Assembly: GCA_011109175.1 (NCBI GenBank)
Contig: RDEW01000011.1
Coordinates: forward strand, 304,193 to 368,192
Direction of reading: 5' to 3'
DNA from: Dicyema japonicum
Taxonomy: Eukaryota; Animalia; Dicyemida
DNA: 64,000 nucleotides
Shown here one piece after another: positions 1-11,571 of this stretch. The notes beneath the pieces are model-generated. The model worked only from the letters and a program-made list of their open reading frames with translations. It was not told the DNA's origin and ran no database searches. A program made the position numbers and the translations under genes. Position 1 is the first letter of the stretch; each line of letters starts with the position of its first letter.

Positions 1-174
1 CTAAAATTAAAATAATCATTTTTATTATACATTAAATGACATTTACATTGGTTAACCATTATTTATTAATTTTTTAATAACGTGCGCATCAACGTGCTTA
101 TGGGTAAATCAGTTCGTCGTTCTTATAAAGATTCTTATTTGTCATTTGGATTTATATGCAAAGATAAAAATAAA

Positions 175-600
175 TTACCTCAATGTCTTAATTTGCATGG
201 AAGTTTTGGCAAGTGATGATATGGTTCCTAGCAAACTAAAGAGACATTTTACTTCCAAGCATCAGGACTATTCCGAAAAATCTGTGGATTATTTTATCCA
301 TTTGAAAAAAACAACTTAAGTATTATTTAGTTTTACTAAGAATCGTAGATCTGATGTTCAGTGAAACTTTTTTAAACACAAAGGAATCATTGAAATGTTC
401 ATACCTGATCTTCAGAAGTGATAGCAAAACAACTAAAACCTCACATTATTGGCGAAAACTTGATAATCCCCGCTTGTCGTATTATTGCTTGGACTATGTT
501 TGGTCATAAATGTTAACAAAAATAATGAAGATACTTTTGTCAGATAATACTGTTTCTCGTCGGATTTTTGCTGAAATGCGAGTGCCTTTGTCAACCATTC
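175..600 (+). mobile_element. Decayed hAT (Buster/Charlie-type) transposase, N-terminal part
   Basis: Frame-hopping translation gives PQCL-ICMEVLASDDMVPSKLKRHFTSKH, IAKQLKPHIIGE-LIIPAC and LSDNTVSRRI, the BED-finger region typical of Buster/ZBED5-like transposases; stops and frameshifts present. Confidence 0.8.
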
Positions 601-1104
601 GACCTGATATTGATGATATATGCAAAAACAATAATAATTAAGAATTCATTTTTTTTATTAATAAAAATTTGGGCATTAAATTACCAATTTTTGTACTTAG
701 TTTTACACATCTTAAAAAATTTATTTTTTTTATTTTTAATGTGTGTCGTGGATTATTTTTTTACGATTAGTGTGCGCGAGAATTATTTTTTGAAAAGCTC
801 TGCTTTAAGGTAATCATTATAATCGTGCTGTGCACATTGGGGGTAATTTTTTTTCTTGCCAGCAAAATAAACCATCAGTTGATATTAAGCAAAATCAAGA
901 ATTTTTCAATCAGTGATGTTTTTATATTGGACTTGGATGTCTTGGACTAGCGTTGGTGTCCTCATTTGGTATCCTAGTTTTTCAGATTACCAAGAATCTG
1001 ATGAACAATTCAAAAGGAAGATGGTTTTGACATTTTTGCGATAAACGTGAAATTTTAATTATTTTAATCAATTAATGAAATAACAGCCCTTTCACGAGAT
1101 CCAA

Positions 1105-1240
1105 AATATTCGCTGATGACAGCGTCACTCGTAAAACCCGGAAGAATCGTTGATGTGTGGACCTTCAGCTGAAATATCACTCGTCAACCAGAAGCACAGT
1201 AGATGCGTGGAACCTTCAGCGAGATTCGAATCCGGAACCA
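1105..1240 (-). repeat. Short interspersed repeat family D, copy 1 (tRNA B-box-like head)
   Basis: Shares gtcactcgt-aa, atgcgtggaaccttca and gagattcgaa with 37040-37160 and 45200-45305; internal ~45-bp duplication. Confidence 0.6.
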
Positions 1241-1574
1241 CGTGGATTTTTTTTTCAAACTGTGACTTTAATTTAGTTAATTTTTTCTATTAAATTAATA
1301 CGAAAATTGACTGCTTCCTTTCCCCAAAAAAGACGAAAATTTTAGCTCCTGATCAGGGACTCTGTGAACGCTGCTGGCTATTGGAACGTATTTCCCTTAC
1401 AGTCCAATAACCATGCAGTCTGGACTGTATCATAACCATAATTTTTTTGTTATTTTATTACTTTAAGTAAAAAAAGCTCCATCTTAGAACACAAGAAATT
1501 TTTTTAAAACCAAGATAAAGACGCCTATAAAGTTATTCCTTTTGTTTTTTTCTTAAATCTCTTCACTTTTGCCT

Positions 1575-1665
1575 CTTCGGGTAGGCCTTGATGTCTGCTT
1601 GGAATACCGATGTCGATAAGGTGGGACAGTTGACAGGACTACATCCGCTGTCAGGAGCCGAGGGA
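1575..1665 (+). mobile_element. CRE-type non-LTR retroelement fragment (zinc-knuckle region)
   Basis: Reads VGLDVCLEYRCR*GGTVD, homologous to LGLKVCQPHECRCGRKVD at 63850. Confidence 0.55.
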
Positions 1666-1991
1666 GGTATCTTACTTGGATTCAACGTGGACAGACATTT
1701 TCTCTAACGCGAATCTGTTAAAGTCATCTTTACAACAGATTCCACATCGATACTCCTAGATGAAGTACCGCGTCATTGGATCAAGTTCTTTAAATTTCTG
1801 ACTGATTGAGATTGGACTCGAGCTCCAGGAAACCTCGGAGCATTGCTAAGACGGCGTGTGAAATCCATCCCCATTCGTATGGGCCTCTATGTCGCGATGC
1901 AATAGAATTACCGAGTCCATTATCCATTTTACCAATCACTTCAAAGGTTTCGAAGATAATTAGGACAATCCAGAAATGATCACTCGATCCT

Positions 1992-2047
1992 ATAAATGAT
2001 GACCCAGATCCCATAAATGATGACCCAATTCCCGTAAATGATGTCCA
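1992..2047. repeat. 21-bp tandem repeat, about 2.7 copies
   Basis: ataaatgatgacccagatccc / ataaatgatgacccaattccc / gtaaatgatgtcca. Confidence 0.85.
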
Positions 2048-2139
2048 AGTTATATATATAAATAATACACGAGTAAATCTATATTTTAATTTCCCCTATT
2101 ATGGTATCAACTAATACAGATATGAGAAGTCGCATGGTT

Positions 2140-2620
2140 TTTATGAACGAAAGTCTATTTAATCAAATTAAAAAACTTTATAAAGTTAAAACAAAATAAG
2201 AGTTGATTGAGATCACCTCGATCAGCAAAAAGAGTTTGAACAGGTGTATACAAAAGATCGAAAGCTGTGAACTCGAGGATCCTACTTTCGGTGATCTTTA
2301 CAAGACAGTAGGCCGAAAAAAAAATAAAGAAATGTTGAATGTCGAAATGAGATCTATTTTTGGAAATGACAACTCGCTGACACAAGTTGGTCTTCAAGAA
2401 AAACTTTCAGTGAATCTTTCTAAGTCTCAAATTTCAAGAGATTTAAAGGAGGCCTGCATCACAAGAAAAGACTCAAGAAAAGGTCCGAAGTTAGATTGAG
2501 TACAGAAAATTTGGCAGAAAGGGGAGTATTTTCATCAAGAATGTTAGGGTTTGAGTGTAAATGGTCGACAACTTCTTTAGTTTCCTTTGAAGGACAGATG
2601 TCAATGCCAAAAATAACACT
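2140..2620 (+). mobile_element. Tc1/IS630-like transposase relic (HTH region)
   Basis: ORF 2203-2499 has DNSLTQVGLQEKLSVNLSKSQISRDLKEACITRK, a typical IS630/Tc1 second HTH; no intact DDE domain. Confidence 0.6.
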
Positions 2621-2859
2621 TCAAAATCAATTTTTTAATGTTTAACGAGGGTCTCACAAAATTACTTTTAGCAAGTTAGACTAAAATCGTCAAAATTGTT
2701 AATTTAAAAAATAATACAAAAATAAACAATTAATTTTTTTAAATGTTTTTTTATATTTTTTTTGGTTTTTGGTAAAAATTTTTAATAAAAAAAATTCAAG
2801 AAAAATTAGTAAAAGGAGTCATCAATTAAATTGGGAATGAAATCCCAACGCGCCTCAAC

Positions 2860-3290
2860 AAAGTTATTTTGAGGGGACTTGAAGCGGCCGGATTCCATCT
2901 CCAATTGAAGCCTCTCGGAGTCGCCCCAGCCAACCAAAGACCAGACGGAAGAAAACTCTTCCCATGGAAAAGCGGTAGTTATCTTGCCTGGGGTGCTACT
3001 TGTGTGGATAGTCTCTCTCCCTCCAAACTTGTTATGACAGCTTTGCTTCGGAAAAGGTTGGGACCTTAAAGATGAAGAAATACGTATGTTTCGGTGGACA
3101 GTTTCATTTTTGAACCAGTCGCTGTGAAAACGTCAGGAATCATAGGCAGCAGGTGATCCTGCTAAACACAATCGGACCGCTCATCGCTAAGAAGAAAAAT
3201 GATAGGAAAGAAAGGAGCTGGCTCATTGCGCATTTCCTTGCAAAGCGTCAGATGAAATGCTTTCTCAATTATGAGAGCAGCCAGTAGTTG
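2860..3290 (+). mobile_element. CRE-type retroelement, REL endonuclease 3' fragment
   Basis: RPDGRKLFPWKSGSYLAWGATCVDSL motif, then F-FEPVAV-TSG. Confidence 0.8.
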
Positions 3291-3341
3291 GTAACTGTAA
3301 GTTTTTGCATTAAACCGTTTTTAGGAAAAAAATTAAAAAAA

Positions 3342-3794
3342 TTAAACATTTTCCCAAATAGTTCGATTAAGGAAAAAATCAATTATAGGCTGAGTCCAGA
3401 GTTGTTTGGCAATTGAGAGAGAAACCAGTTCAGATGTTTTGTTTTTCCTACAATTCTTCCAACAAATACCATTTTATTTCAAAATAAAAATCATCAGGGT
3501 ATTCGAAAAGCTCTATTATTTCCTCAAATTCAAAATCCCTGTATTTTTCAAGTGAAGGCTCTGAAGAACCTTGGAACTCATCAGAGGGCTCGAGCTTAAC
3601 CATACCGGAGAACTTTCGAACGCCCTGACCAATGACTTACTAATATTAGACTCTTTCTCCCACGTGTTTTCGTCACTAAAAATATTAAATTAAAAAAAAC
3701 TGGCTGGATTTTTCCATTTGACAAGGTAAAACGTCTTTCCATCAAACTTGGTAACCTTTTCCAGTAGTTCCTCAACTTCATTCAAATGTTTCAT
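3342..3794 (-). CDS. HP1: HP1-like chromodomain + chromoshadow protein (~125-130 aa), 3 introns
   Basis: EVEELLEKVTKFDGKTFYLVKWK..DENTWEKESNI (chromo) and FEEIIE..FYFEIKWKNKTSELVSLSIAKQLWTQPIIDFFLNRTIW* (shadow). Introns 3676-3700, 3605 to 3577 or 3589, 3448-3469. One base missing near 3711-3715. Confidence 0.8.
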
Positions 3795-3999
3795 TTTTTG
3801 CACAGGCCTCGTAGTAAAATTTATATATTATTATTATTAAATTATTATGTAAAATATTTATTAGTTAACAAAGAGATTTAAATACAATTTTAAAGTTTAT
3901 TTTTTTAAATTAGCCTACAACCTAAACCCGACCTAGTTAGGCAACGCGAACGAGCTTTTAACTATTAGCCTAATGAAAACTTCCGTCTATGAATGAGGT

Positions 4000-4200
4000 T
4001 ATGTCCGCAACGTAGGACGTGCAATGAAAATGGAAGAAGGCGTACCTACTTCTCCACCTCTCTTTGGAAGCAGAAACCTCTAATGGTCTATTGAAGGATG
4101 GATTTGGTCGACAGAAACAGACGTTCCTTCCTTAGATTAATTAGTTGTGACTGTTTGTGCTGGGCTTACCAAAGATAGTATGCCTGGGGTTAATAATAAT
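4000..4200 (+). repeat. Short interspersed repeat family C, copy 1
   Basis: Homologous to the reverse complements of 45618-45838, 56110-56295 and 25783-25828; ends ggggttaataataat. Confidence 0.8.
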
Positions 4201-4339
4201 AAAATTCCAAACACCACAGTACACCAAATTAACTAATCACGTGCTCCCAGCAAGCTCGAAACTGGTTTCTCGTAGTTGGAACGGCACGTTCCTCTATTTT
4301 TTGTATTAAAGATTCGATTGGCATTGGCCAATGACAACA

Positions 4340-5760
4340 TTAGCCCTGAGCTTTTAAGATATGGACCAAAAAAAACTTAGCGAAACATTTGCAAAAACCC
4401 TAAATGACATCTTTGAAACCAATACCGATCTAGGACTTGGAAATAAATTATTAATACTCATACAAAAACCGAACAAAGCAAAAGGACCAGTAGAAAAACT
4501 CTGCCTGATCATACTTCTGAATTCGATACGCAAGGTGTTGGCAAACATTACACTGAGCCGGATAAAGGGTGTGGCGGATCTATACTTACCAGCAAGTCAA
4601 AGTGGGTTCCGAGAAGAGAGATCTACAGGCGGACATTGCATGGAGCCATAGATGGCGTTGTGCAATGGACCAAAGATTCAAAAGCGTAACGACCGTGTTG
4701 GGAATAGATCTCTCTAGAACTTTCGACTTAATAAACAGACAGAAACAGATGAATGTGGTTGAGCAAATATTGGATGAATCGTCGGTTTGGATAATCAGAC
4801 TACTACTTGCGAACACAAGATTATATGTGAGGACAGAAGGAGCAACTTCTCGCAGTTTCAAAACAACGATTGGGACACCTTAGGGTGATTCCCTCTCCCT
4901 TTTACTATTCACCATATACCTTGAATCTGCACTCCGCGACCTCTGTAAATGCTATATAGGAGACATAGAAGAGACATCTTATGCGGATGATGTGGATTTC
5001 GTATCACGGGACGTGACCGCACTCCAACACCTACTAGAAAATGCACCTGCGGAGCTTGGGAAATGGTTTCTCAGCGTAAATGTAGACAAAACTGAAATCA
5101 CGGAAATTAAAAGAGAAGACGATATCACTCAAGAAGGATGGAGACACACTAATAATCTTGGCTCTCTACTAGAATATACTGAAGATGTACTAAAGAGGGA
5201 AACAATGACAACCGTGGCAATGGCCACACTGAAGAAAAGATGGCTAAGAACCAAAGGACTCGGAATTGACTTCAGATGTAGGCTTTAAAGGCGTTTGTGA
5301 AATCGATCTTGCTGTATAAACGCTGGGACATGGGGAAATTCCTCCAACGAACTATTGAAACTGGATTCGTTCCATAGAAAGCAACTAAGAAGCTTACTCG
5401 GAATGGATTGGCCGCGTAGAATATTAACCACAGGTATTTATAACAAGTGTATGTGTTCGTACATCAGCAAGGATGTGATAGATGCCCGGTGGAGGCTATT
5501 TGAGCATGCATTAAGAATAAACCCGGACGCCACCCTCTAAAAGCGATAGAAGATACTTTGACAGTGCGACAAACCTTTCCGTGGACGACCTAGATCGACA
5601 CTTCTGACTGCCTTAAACAAAGATCTAAATCGTGTGAGAAAAAATCTAAAGACGTGGACGACTTGGACGAATTGAGATCACTAGCATTCGACAGAGGAAG
5701 ATGGAAAAGATTAACTATAAATATTGTTTGCGTGTTGCACATGGGGGGCTATAAACATTA
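4340..5760 (+). mobile_element. Decayed RTE-like LINE, RT to 3' end
   Basis: LPASQSGFR, GIDLSRTFD, P*GDSLSP, YADD, LDSFHRKQLR, RGRPRSTL; many stops. Confidence 0.9.
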
Positions 5761-5804
5761 TGGCTTTCGTGAAAGTGCTTTAATAATTATAAATAATAGG
5801 CATT

Positions 5805-6133
5805 ATTATTTTTAACCCGGATACACAGAAAAGTAAGTTAAAAACAACTAATTAAGTGTATCCAGTTTCCACTTCTACGAAAACAGAGTCCATCCGGAAT
5901 CAACATTAAAGGTAAAAGACGTCCATAGTTGCAGTTGTTGAAACCCATCCAGTGGAGTGGGGAAGAGCAAATGATCCTTTTTCGTGCGCCGGCATGGCAC
6001 TGGGCCCCACCTAAACAGGTGGATCACATGACGCCAATCTAATAGGAAGAAAGAGGAGGAACAGACGAACAAAAAAAAAACTTTGACCAATTAGCCACGA
6101 AGCACCATATGGCGCACGCGGCTATAAAAAGTG
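5805..6133 (-). repeat. Short interspersed repeat family A, copy 1
   Basis: ~325 bp homologous to 28687-29012 and 39421-39745; flanked by ataggcatt at 5796-5804 and 6134-6142. Confidence 0.85.
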
Positions 6134-6142
6134 ATAGGCATT

Positions 6143-6400
6143 GGAGATTGGGAGTTTCCAGAAGTCCATTTTTTGTAATTTTGGAAGCACCTTTTTTGCT
6201 GGCTTCGATTTTCATGCAATATGTCCAAAAGATGAAGCAAATGCATATGAGATGTATGGCTCGATGTACTGCTTGTATATGGTGTTCAGGACTGGATGCC
6301 TTCCTTCTTTCCATACACCCGAAATGCTCTTCAAAAAGTTTGCCTTCTCGCATTTGACAATCAAACATATGTGCATGTCAAATGTGACTTCATAATTTTC
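6143..6400 (-). mobile_element. L2/CR1-like LINE (family B) RT thumb fragment
   Basis: ANFLKSISGVW..TIYKQYIEPYISYA, homologous to TLYKQYVEPTIGYA at 47580. Confidence 0.7.
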
Positions 6401-6698
6401 TGGCGTTTGCTAATAGGTATTTCGACATGAAAAGACGTCACAATAATATATGTGAGATTGTCATTCTACAGAGGTTCTTCACTTCCGAAAAGACGTCCAA
6501 GCATTTTAGATAATTCCGGTATATAGCTAAGAGCCCACCGCATTGTTTCTTTGTTCGGTGTGTCTGTATATATTTATATGTAGGGAATGCAGTGGGGCTA
6601 GTTGTAGCGATTTTGGTCTGTTGGATAAATGCAATACCAATGTTACGTTTACATAATAGAGAGTAGTTCCAGGATCTTTCCTCTTATTCCATTAACGT

Positions 6699-7063
6699 TT
6701 AATTATTCTGTAGAAAAACTCCCTGGAGTTGGTAATACTTTATTCGATATCCTTCTAGCTATTGGAAGACTTTGCGAGAAATGCGACGGAAAGTGTGTAA
6801 TATGCGATTCATACGTGAAACCTTCTACCCTTGTCCGAATCTGTGATGAATGCAACTACGGGAACTACCAAGGACGTTGTGTAGTTTGTGGAGGACCTGG
6901 AATATCTGACGCTTATTACTGCAAGGAATGTACGATTTTGGAGAAAGATGTTGTTCTTGTAATCAAATTTTAGAGAGATGGATGTCCTAAGATCGTAAAT
7001 CTTGGATGTGCCAAGACGGACCTTTTCTACGAACGGAAGAAATATGGCTTTCGTAAGAACTGA
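6699..7063 (+). CDS. PHF5A: PHD-finger-like spliceosomal protein PHF5A/Rds3 (SF3b subunit); 5' end not resolved
   Basis: KLPGV|[51 protein letters not shown]|[29 protein letters not shown]; introns 6732-6758 (27 nt) and 6950-6973 (24 nt). Confidence 0.9.
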
Positions 7064-8099
7064 CTTGGTGATTTTTGACACTATCACATGTTTTTTAATT
7101 TCTTAAATTATCCACTTAGGATGTTAACTTATTTTTAGTTGATCAGTTACTCCGACCACACTAACATTTAGGAGGACGGCTGTGATCTGCATCTAGCTGA
7201 GAGTGCTGGATGCTGCCATAAGTCCCTAAGTAGCGTATATAATGAAACACTCAATTCTTCTCACGTGGATGGAAGAAATGAGATATTTGAAAGGCTCAAG
7301 AAACCTTAAGTTTTAAACATCCAGTGACAAATGTGCCCAACAGTTACTGAACGATTGCATCTAGTCAATCATCCTACAAATTTCTCGTCCTCCTTCGAGA
7401 CCTTAGTGGGGATAACAGGTGCAAATTTCATCTTACGTGAACCTACAGGAAGGGCGCGATCCTGTGAGTAACATCGTCGAAGATGAGGCTTTGTTAAGAG
7501 CGGCTAGGATGACATCATGGCCATTTTCTTTACTTATTTTAATGTTGATTCTTGGTTTTTAACAAAATAAAGTGTGGAAACGATTAGGACTAAAATTATC
7601 AAAATGTGGAAGGGGGTTGCCCATCGAATGCTGGAGATGGTGTCTAATGCTATTCTATGGATGTTGCTGATAGTTTTTCTTAAAAATCCTCAAAGCCACT
7701 ATCTAGCTCGGTTACACACTCTTCCAGGATGTCGTACTCAGATTGAGAGTAAACATCATTTATCCCTCTTTAAGCTTAGCAACAGTCCACGGAGCTTAGA
7801 TCTTGTTTCTATGGAAGACAGTCTCTATATTCTAGTGTCATTAAATTAATTATCAAAGCACAAGGTAATTTTTTAATGTTAGGATCATTCAACAGCAGTT
7901 TCAAAGTTAAAATTGTTAAAAAATTCTATTTTCTTAGAATCTTGAATTTCTAACATGAGCGGAGTAAATAATTCTTTTTTCTCTAAAAACAGACTTCACC
8001 AAGTTAAATGTTGAGAGTGAGAAAATGAACAATTCAGTTCTTTTTAAAGTTTTTAAGGCTTTTAGTATGACTACCGGGAAATTTATCCGCAAAAACAAC

Positions 8100-9560
8100 C
8101 CTATTGACAGACATAGTAGCTTTCCATTGCTCTGTTGGGCGGGGATGTCAACTCCATTCTTAGGACATGACCGAATACTCTCCTCATGACCACATTATCT
8201 CCAGGTTACTCGATCTATTTCTTATTACAGATCCTGCCTGCCTGTCCTTGTTATTTTTATAAAGCGATTTCTATGGAGAGTCCAACCTCTCCACTTCCTC
8301 TTTTGAGGTAACCCAAGTCCCAGCATTGTATAGAAGAATAGGTTTTATAAGTGAGCTGTATAGCAGTATCCTTGGTTTGATGCTGATGCTTTCTGGTTTA
8401 GCCATAGATTCTTTAGTTTATGCATAGCGGCATTTTCCAAGGCTTTTTTACGTATAAGGTCTTTCCGAGTCTCACAAGGAGTTCTGTAATAGAGGATAGA
8501 ATTCTGATCATTCTTAGACTTGACACATCAAGAAATTGTTCCAGTAGTTAATGCCTGTTAACTGCATCAAAGGCTCTTGATAAGTCTATCTCCACAATGT
8601 TGGTCCGTCATTGTATTTTCGATTGTCGCACACCTTCATCTTTGGCTTTAGAGTACGTCAACTGATGATCTCCTTTTTCGAAATTTCCTTAGCCTTTCTG
8701 CTAAGTATATCCACGCTTTGGCTTGACGAGTGACTCAGTCATCAGTAAACATTTCACTGAGAAATTGGATCGTCTATAAAGGACTCGTATGAAAAAAGAA
8801 AAAAAGAAGTGAAGAGCATTCCTGGTTCTCCATCAACGATTAGTTATGATAGCTGTTCTTCACTTAAACAAAGTGTGTGTCCAGACTGGGTAGAGGTAAT
8901 ATGGTCTTGCGTAAAAGTGCAGTTTAAAAAAAAGTGCAATTTGTGGAAATCATGTCATTTAGTAGCATTGCTATTTTGTCATGTACTGTAACAACTCTGG
9001 GTTAATATATCTGCTCCTATTTTTTGAGTCTACAAGAAGCTATTTTGACTTCTTTGGGAGTAATTAACCTTTCTAAAGGCCTTGGCATTCCACCAAATGA
9101 GGAATTGCTGTAGTATTAACACAGAAAAGCTTCTTGAATGAACCACGACGAGATGCCTTATTTCCTGGATCAATATTAATTTCCTATTTTTCTTCATGTT
9201 ATTTGCGTGCGTGATCCCAGGAATCTTTTAGTGAAACATCTGCCGATACATCCAGTAAAAGTGTCCCAAAGTATTCTTGGTAGCTTCCTGTTGGCTTTGG
9301 TTAGTAAACCAGCAAAATATCGCTATTACCATCTTGTGAGTTCATTCAAACGTGCATTTGGGAGAGTGCTTGTCTTAAATCCGACAAGTGATATAGTCAA
9401 TCTGGTTATATACAGGAACCACCACCTCATCCCTTCCAAATAGTTTGCATAAATGAAGACAGAGTGCATAAATGTTGTATTGCACAAAAAAGGATTATTT
9501 GCCACAGAAATAACTGAGTATAGTTCCAGATAAGTTTCTCTCAGCTCCATGGCATTGTCG
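8100..9560 (-). mobile_element. Heavily deleted RTE-like LINE (APE and RT remnants)
   Basis: FLCNTTFMHS (APE), DLSRAFDA and LLYSSLIKPILLYNAGTW (RT thumb). Confidence 0.8.
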
Positions 9561-9569
9561 TTACGCCAT

Positions 9570-10060
9570 TGGCCCATAACAGCATATGTATTCCTGTCGA
9601 CCGTCCTACCGCATCGGCATCGTGTTTTAAGCAGACATCGAGGCCTAGAGTAAGAGCGATTCCAACACGAATAGTATCGTCATCCAACAGAGTACCAACT
9701 TCGCGAACCGGGTCAGGACTCAGAATTCTCCGTGGACAAACATTTAATTGATCAATTGGTTCTCGTCTCTCGTGATGGTAATGGAGATCAACTGGAAAAA
9801 CTACTTGCTTTCACGGATGTCATGAGTGTAGCTAAACGTCCCAGTTTCTTGAGAAAATGCAGCGATTTCTCGCTTATTCCTCGAGCTGTCAACCATAACA
9901 ACCGGAGCATAAACCTGTCCAAAAGTCTTTCATACCTATTCCCCTTGGCCTTTTCTGTTTTTTTCGCTGCGTATAGTGTGTTTATCGTACCCCCAATGAT
10001 GTTTGAATGACAAAGGGAGCATATAAAATTAACATCAAAGATTAAAAAATTCATGATAAA
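9570..10060 (-). mobile_element. Two CRE-type fragments (REL 3' end plus zinc-knuckle piece)
   Basis: SNIIGGTINTLYAAKKTEKAKGNRYE..KKLGRLAT and LLDDDTIRVGIALTLGLDVCLKH. Confidence 0.75.
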
Positions 10061-10650
10061 TTTCAGGTCATTTAAAACGTGATTGATAAAATTCACATCA
10101 CAATGCCTTTAACATTAATGGAATTTTTCATTCTTTCATATAAAACCTTGACTGATCCATAAAAGTTACCATCATTTGATAATTTAAGAATCACGGAAAA
10201 GATCATTTTTTCCCATTTAATGGTCATACGTGTAAAAATTGACTAAGAATAAACTATTCAGACTAACTACTTTCCTTCTCACATGTCTTCGATTCTGTAC
10301 TATGCACTATAGTTTGTACAAAAGAGCTAGCATGACGTGCGCAAATGGCCCTCGTAGGTCCTTTTGAGCACAGTTGCTTGTACATATGCATAGATATACT
10401 CCCAACTGTCTCAAATACCTCCTGGTATTTATTAACGACACCACCATGCCATCCCCTAATTAAAAGCACAGACTGCACTGATGCATTATCTAAATTCGTT
10501 TAGAACTACTTCGCAATAAAGATAAGTGATTTCGAATTAAAGCAAGTTAATATTTCACACTGCTAATCATAAAAGAATAAAAATCGATCAATCTATTACG
10601 TAAACTGAAAATCCAACAGTTTTAAAATAGGAAAAGTAAAATATAAACAT

Positions 10651-11571
10651 TCATTTGTAATTTAGAAGGCTCGACGCTGTCCAGTTATAAACCATGTCAT
10701 TGTGGAAATTTTTACTCCTAAACAGATTTCTAAACAGCTGTTTGAGGTAAAAGTAATCAGGGGCTTCTTCAAATTGTAAAGACCGGCAATATCTGAGGTA
10801 TATCGCAAATTCATTTGGAAAGCCACGACACAGAGCTTCTATAGACGTCGAAATCTTCTTATCTGATATCTTCTGGTATCTCTGCTTTCTGTTAGCTGCC
10901 TTAAGTCCCTGCCACGGAAGGCTTCCACGGTTCAAATACATCAGTAGATATCCCAAACACTCAAGGTCGTCCCTCCGAGTAATTTCTATCCCCAAATGAG
11001 TGTTTATGCTGGCATATCTGGCAGTTCCCGTTAGTGACTTATTGTCCCTGTATGGAATGTGGAATCCTGTAGAGGTCTTGTATTTTTTTGCCAGTCCAAA
11101 ATCGACGATAAAGAGTTTGTTGGAGTACCGTCCCGTCCCCATTAGGAAATTGTCTGGTTTTATATCTCTATGGACGTAAAAACGGGAATGGATGAACTGA
11201 ATTCTCTCCAGCATTTGATCGGCCAGCATAAGCACTGTTTTCAGATCAAAATGGCGATTGCAGGCGTTAAACAGATCTTCTATGGAATTTCCCAGCAGGT
11301 CCATTACTAAAATGTTAAAGTCTTCCTGTTCAAAGTAACCCTTTATGGAAGGAACTCCTTGGTTGTCTTGCAAAAACTGATAAACGGTATATTCGTAAGA
11401 CAGCTGAGTTTTATTGGATCTTGAATTCTCCACTTTGGCTGCCACTACTTCACCGTTCAGCAGATTTATGGCTGAATATATTTTTCCGAATGATCCACTT
11501 CCAATTTTCTTGATAATCTTATATTGGTTTCCCACAAGGTGATCTTCCTGAATGTCTTCAGCTTCTGACAT
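10651..11571 (-). CDS. CK1: Casein kinase I family kinase, 306 aa, intronless
   Basis: [41 protein letters not shown] in one uninterrupted ORF; likely ATG at 11571. Confidence 0.97.
   Translation of the reverse strand: MSEAEDIQEDHLVGNQYKIIKKIGSGSFGKIYSAINLLNGEVVAAKVENSRSNKTQLSYEYTVYQFLQDNQGVPSIKGYFEQEDFNILVMDLLGNSIEDLFNACNRHFDLKTVLMLADQMLERIQFIHSRFYVHRDIKPDNFLMGTGRYSNKLFIVDFGLAKKYKTSTGFHIPYRDNKSLTGTARYASINTHLGIEITRRDDLECLGYLLMYLNRGSLPWQGLKAANRKQRYQKISDKKISTSIEALCRGFPNEFAIYLRYCRSLQFEEAPDYFYLKQLFRNLFRSKNFHNDMVYNWTASSLLNYK

Noticed and set aside
1790-2047. Gene encoding GSSF or DPIND repeats
   Set aside because: The peptide repeats simply reflect the 21-bp tandem repeat; no supported start, splice structure or homology.
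3676-3700. Non-canonical TT-AG intron in HP1
   Set aside because: Adding one A to the A5 run gives WKKSSH|DENTW with a normal GT-AG intron and a better chromodomain match.
5990-6040. HDV-like ribozyme (gccggcatgg resembles the HDV 5' end)
   Set aside because: The nested double-pseudoknot pairings cannot be formed, the word is not conserved in the other copies, and it lies on the presumed antisense strand.
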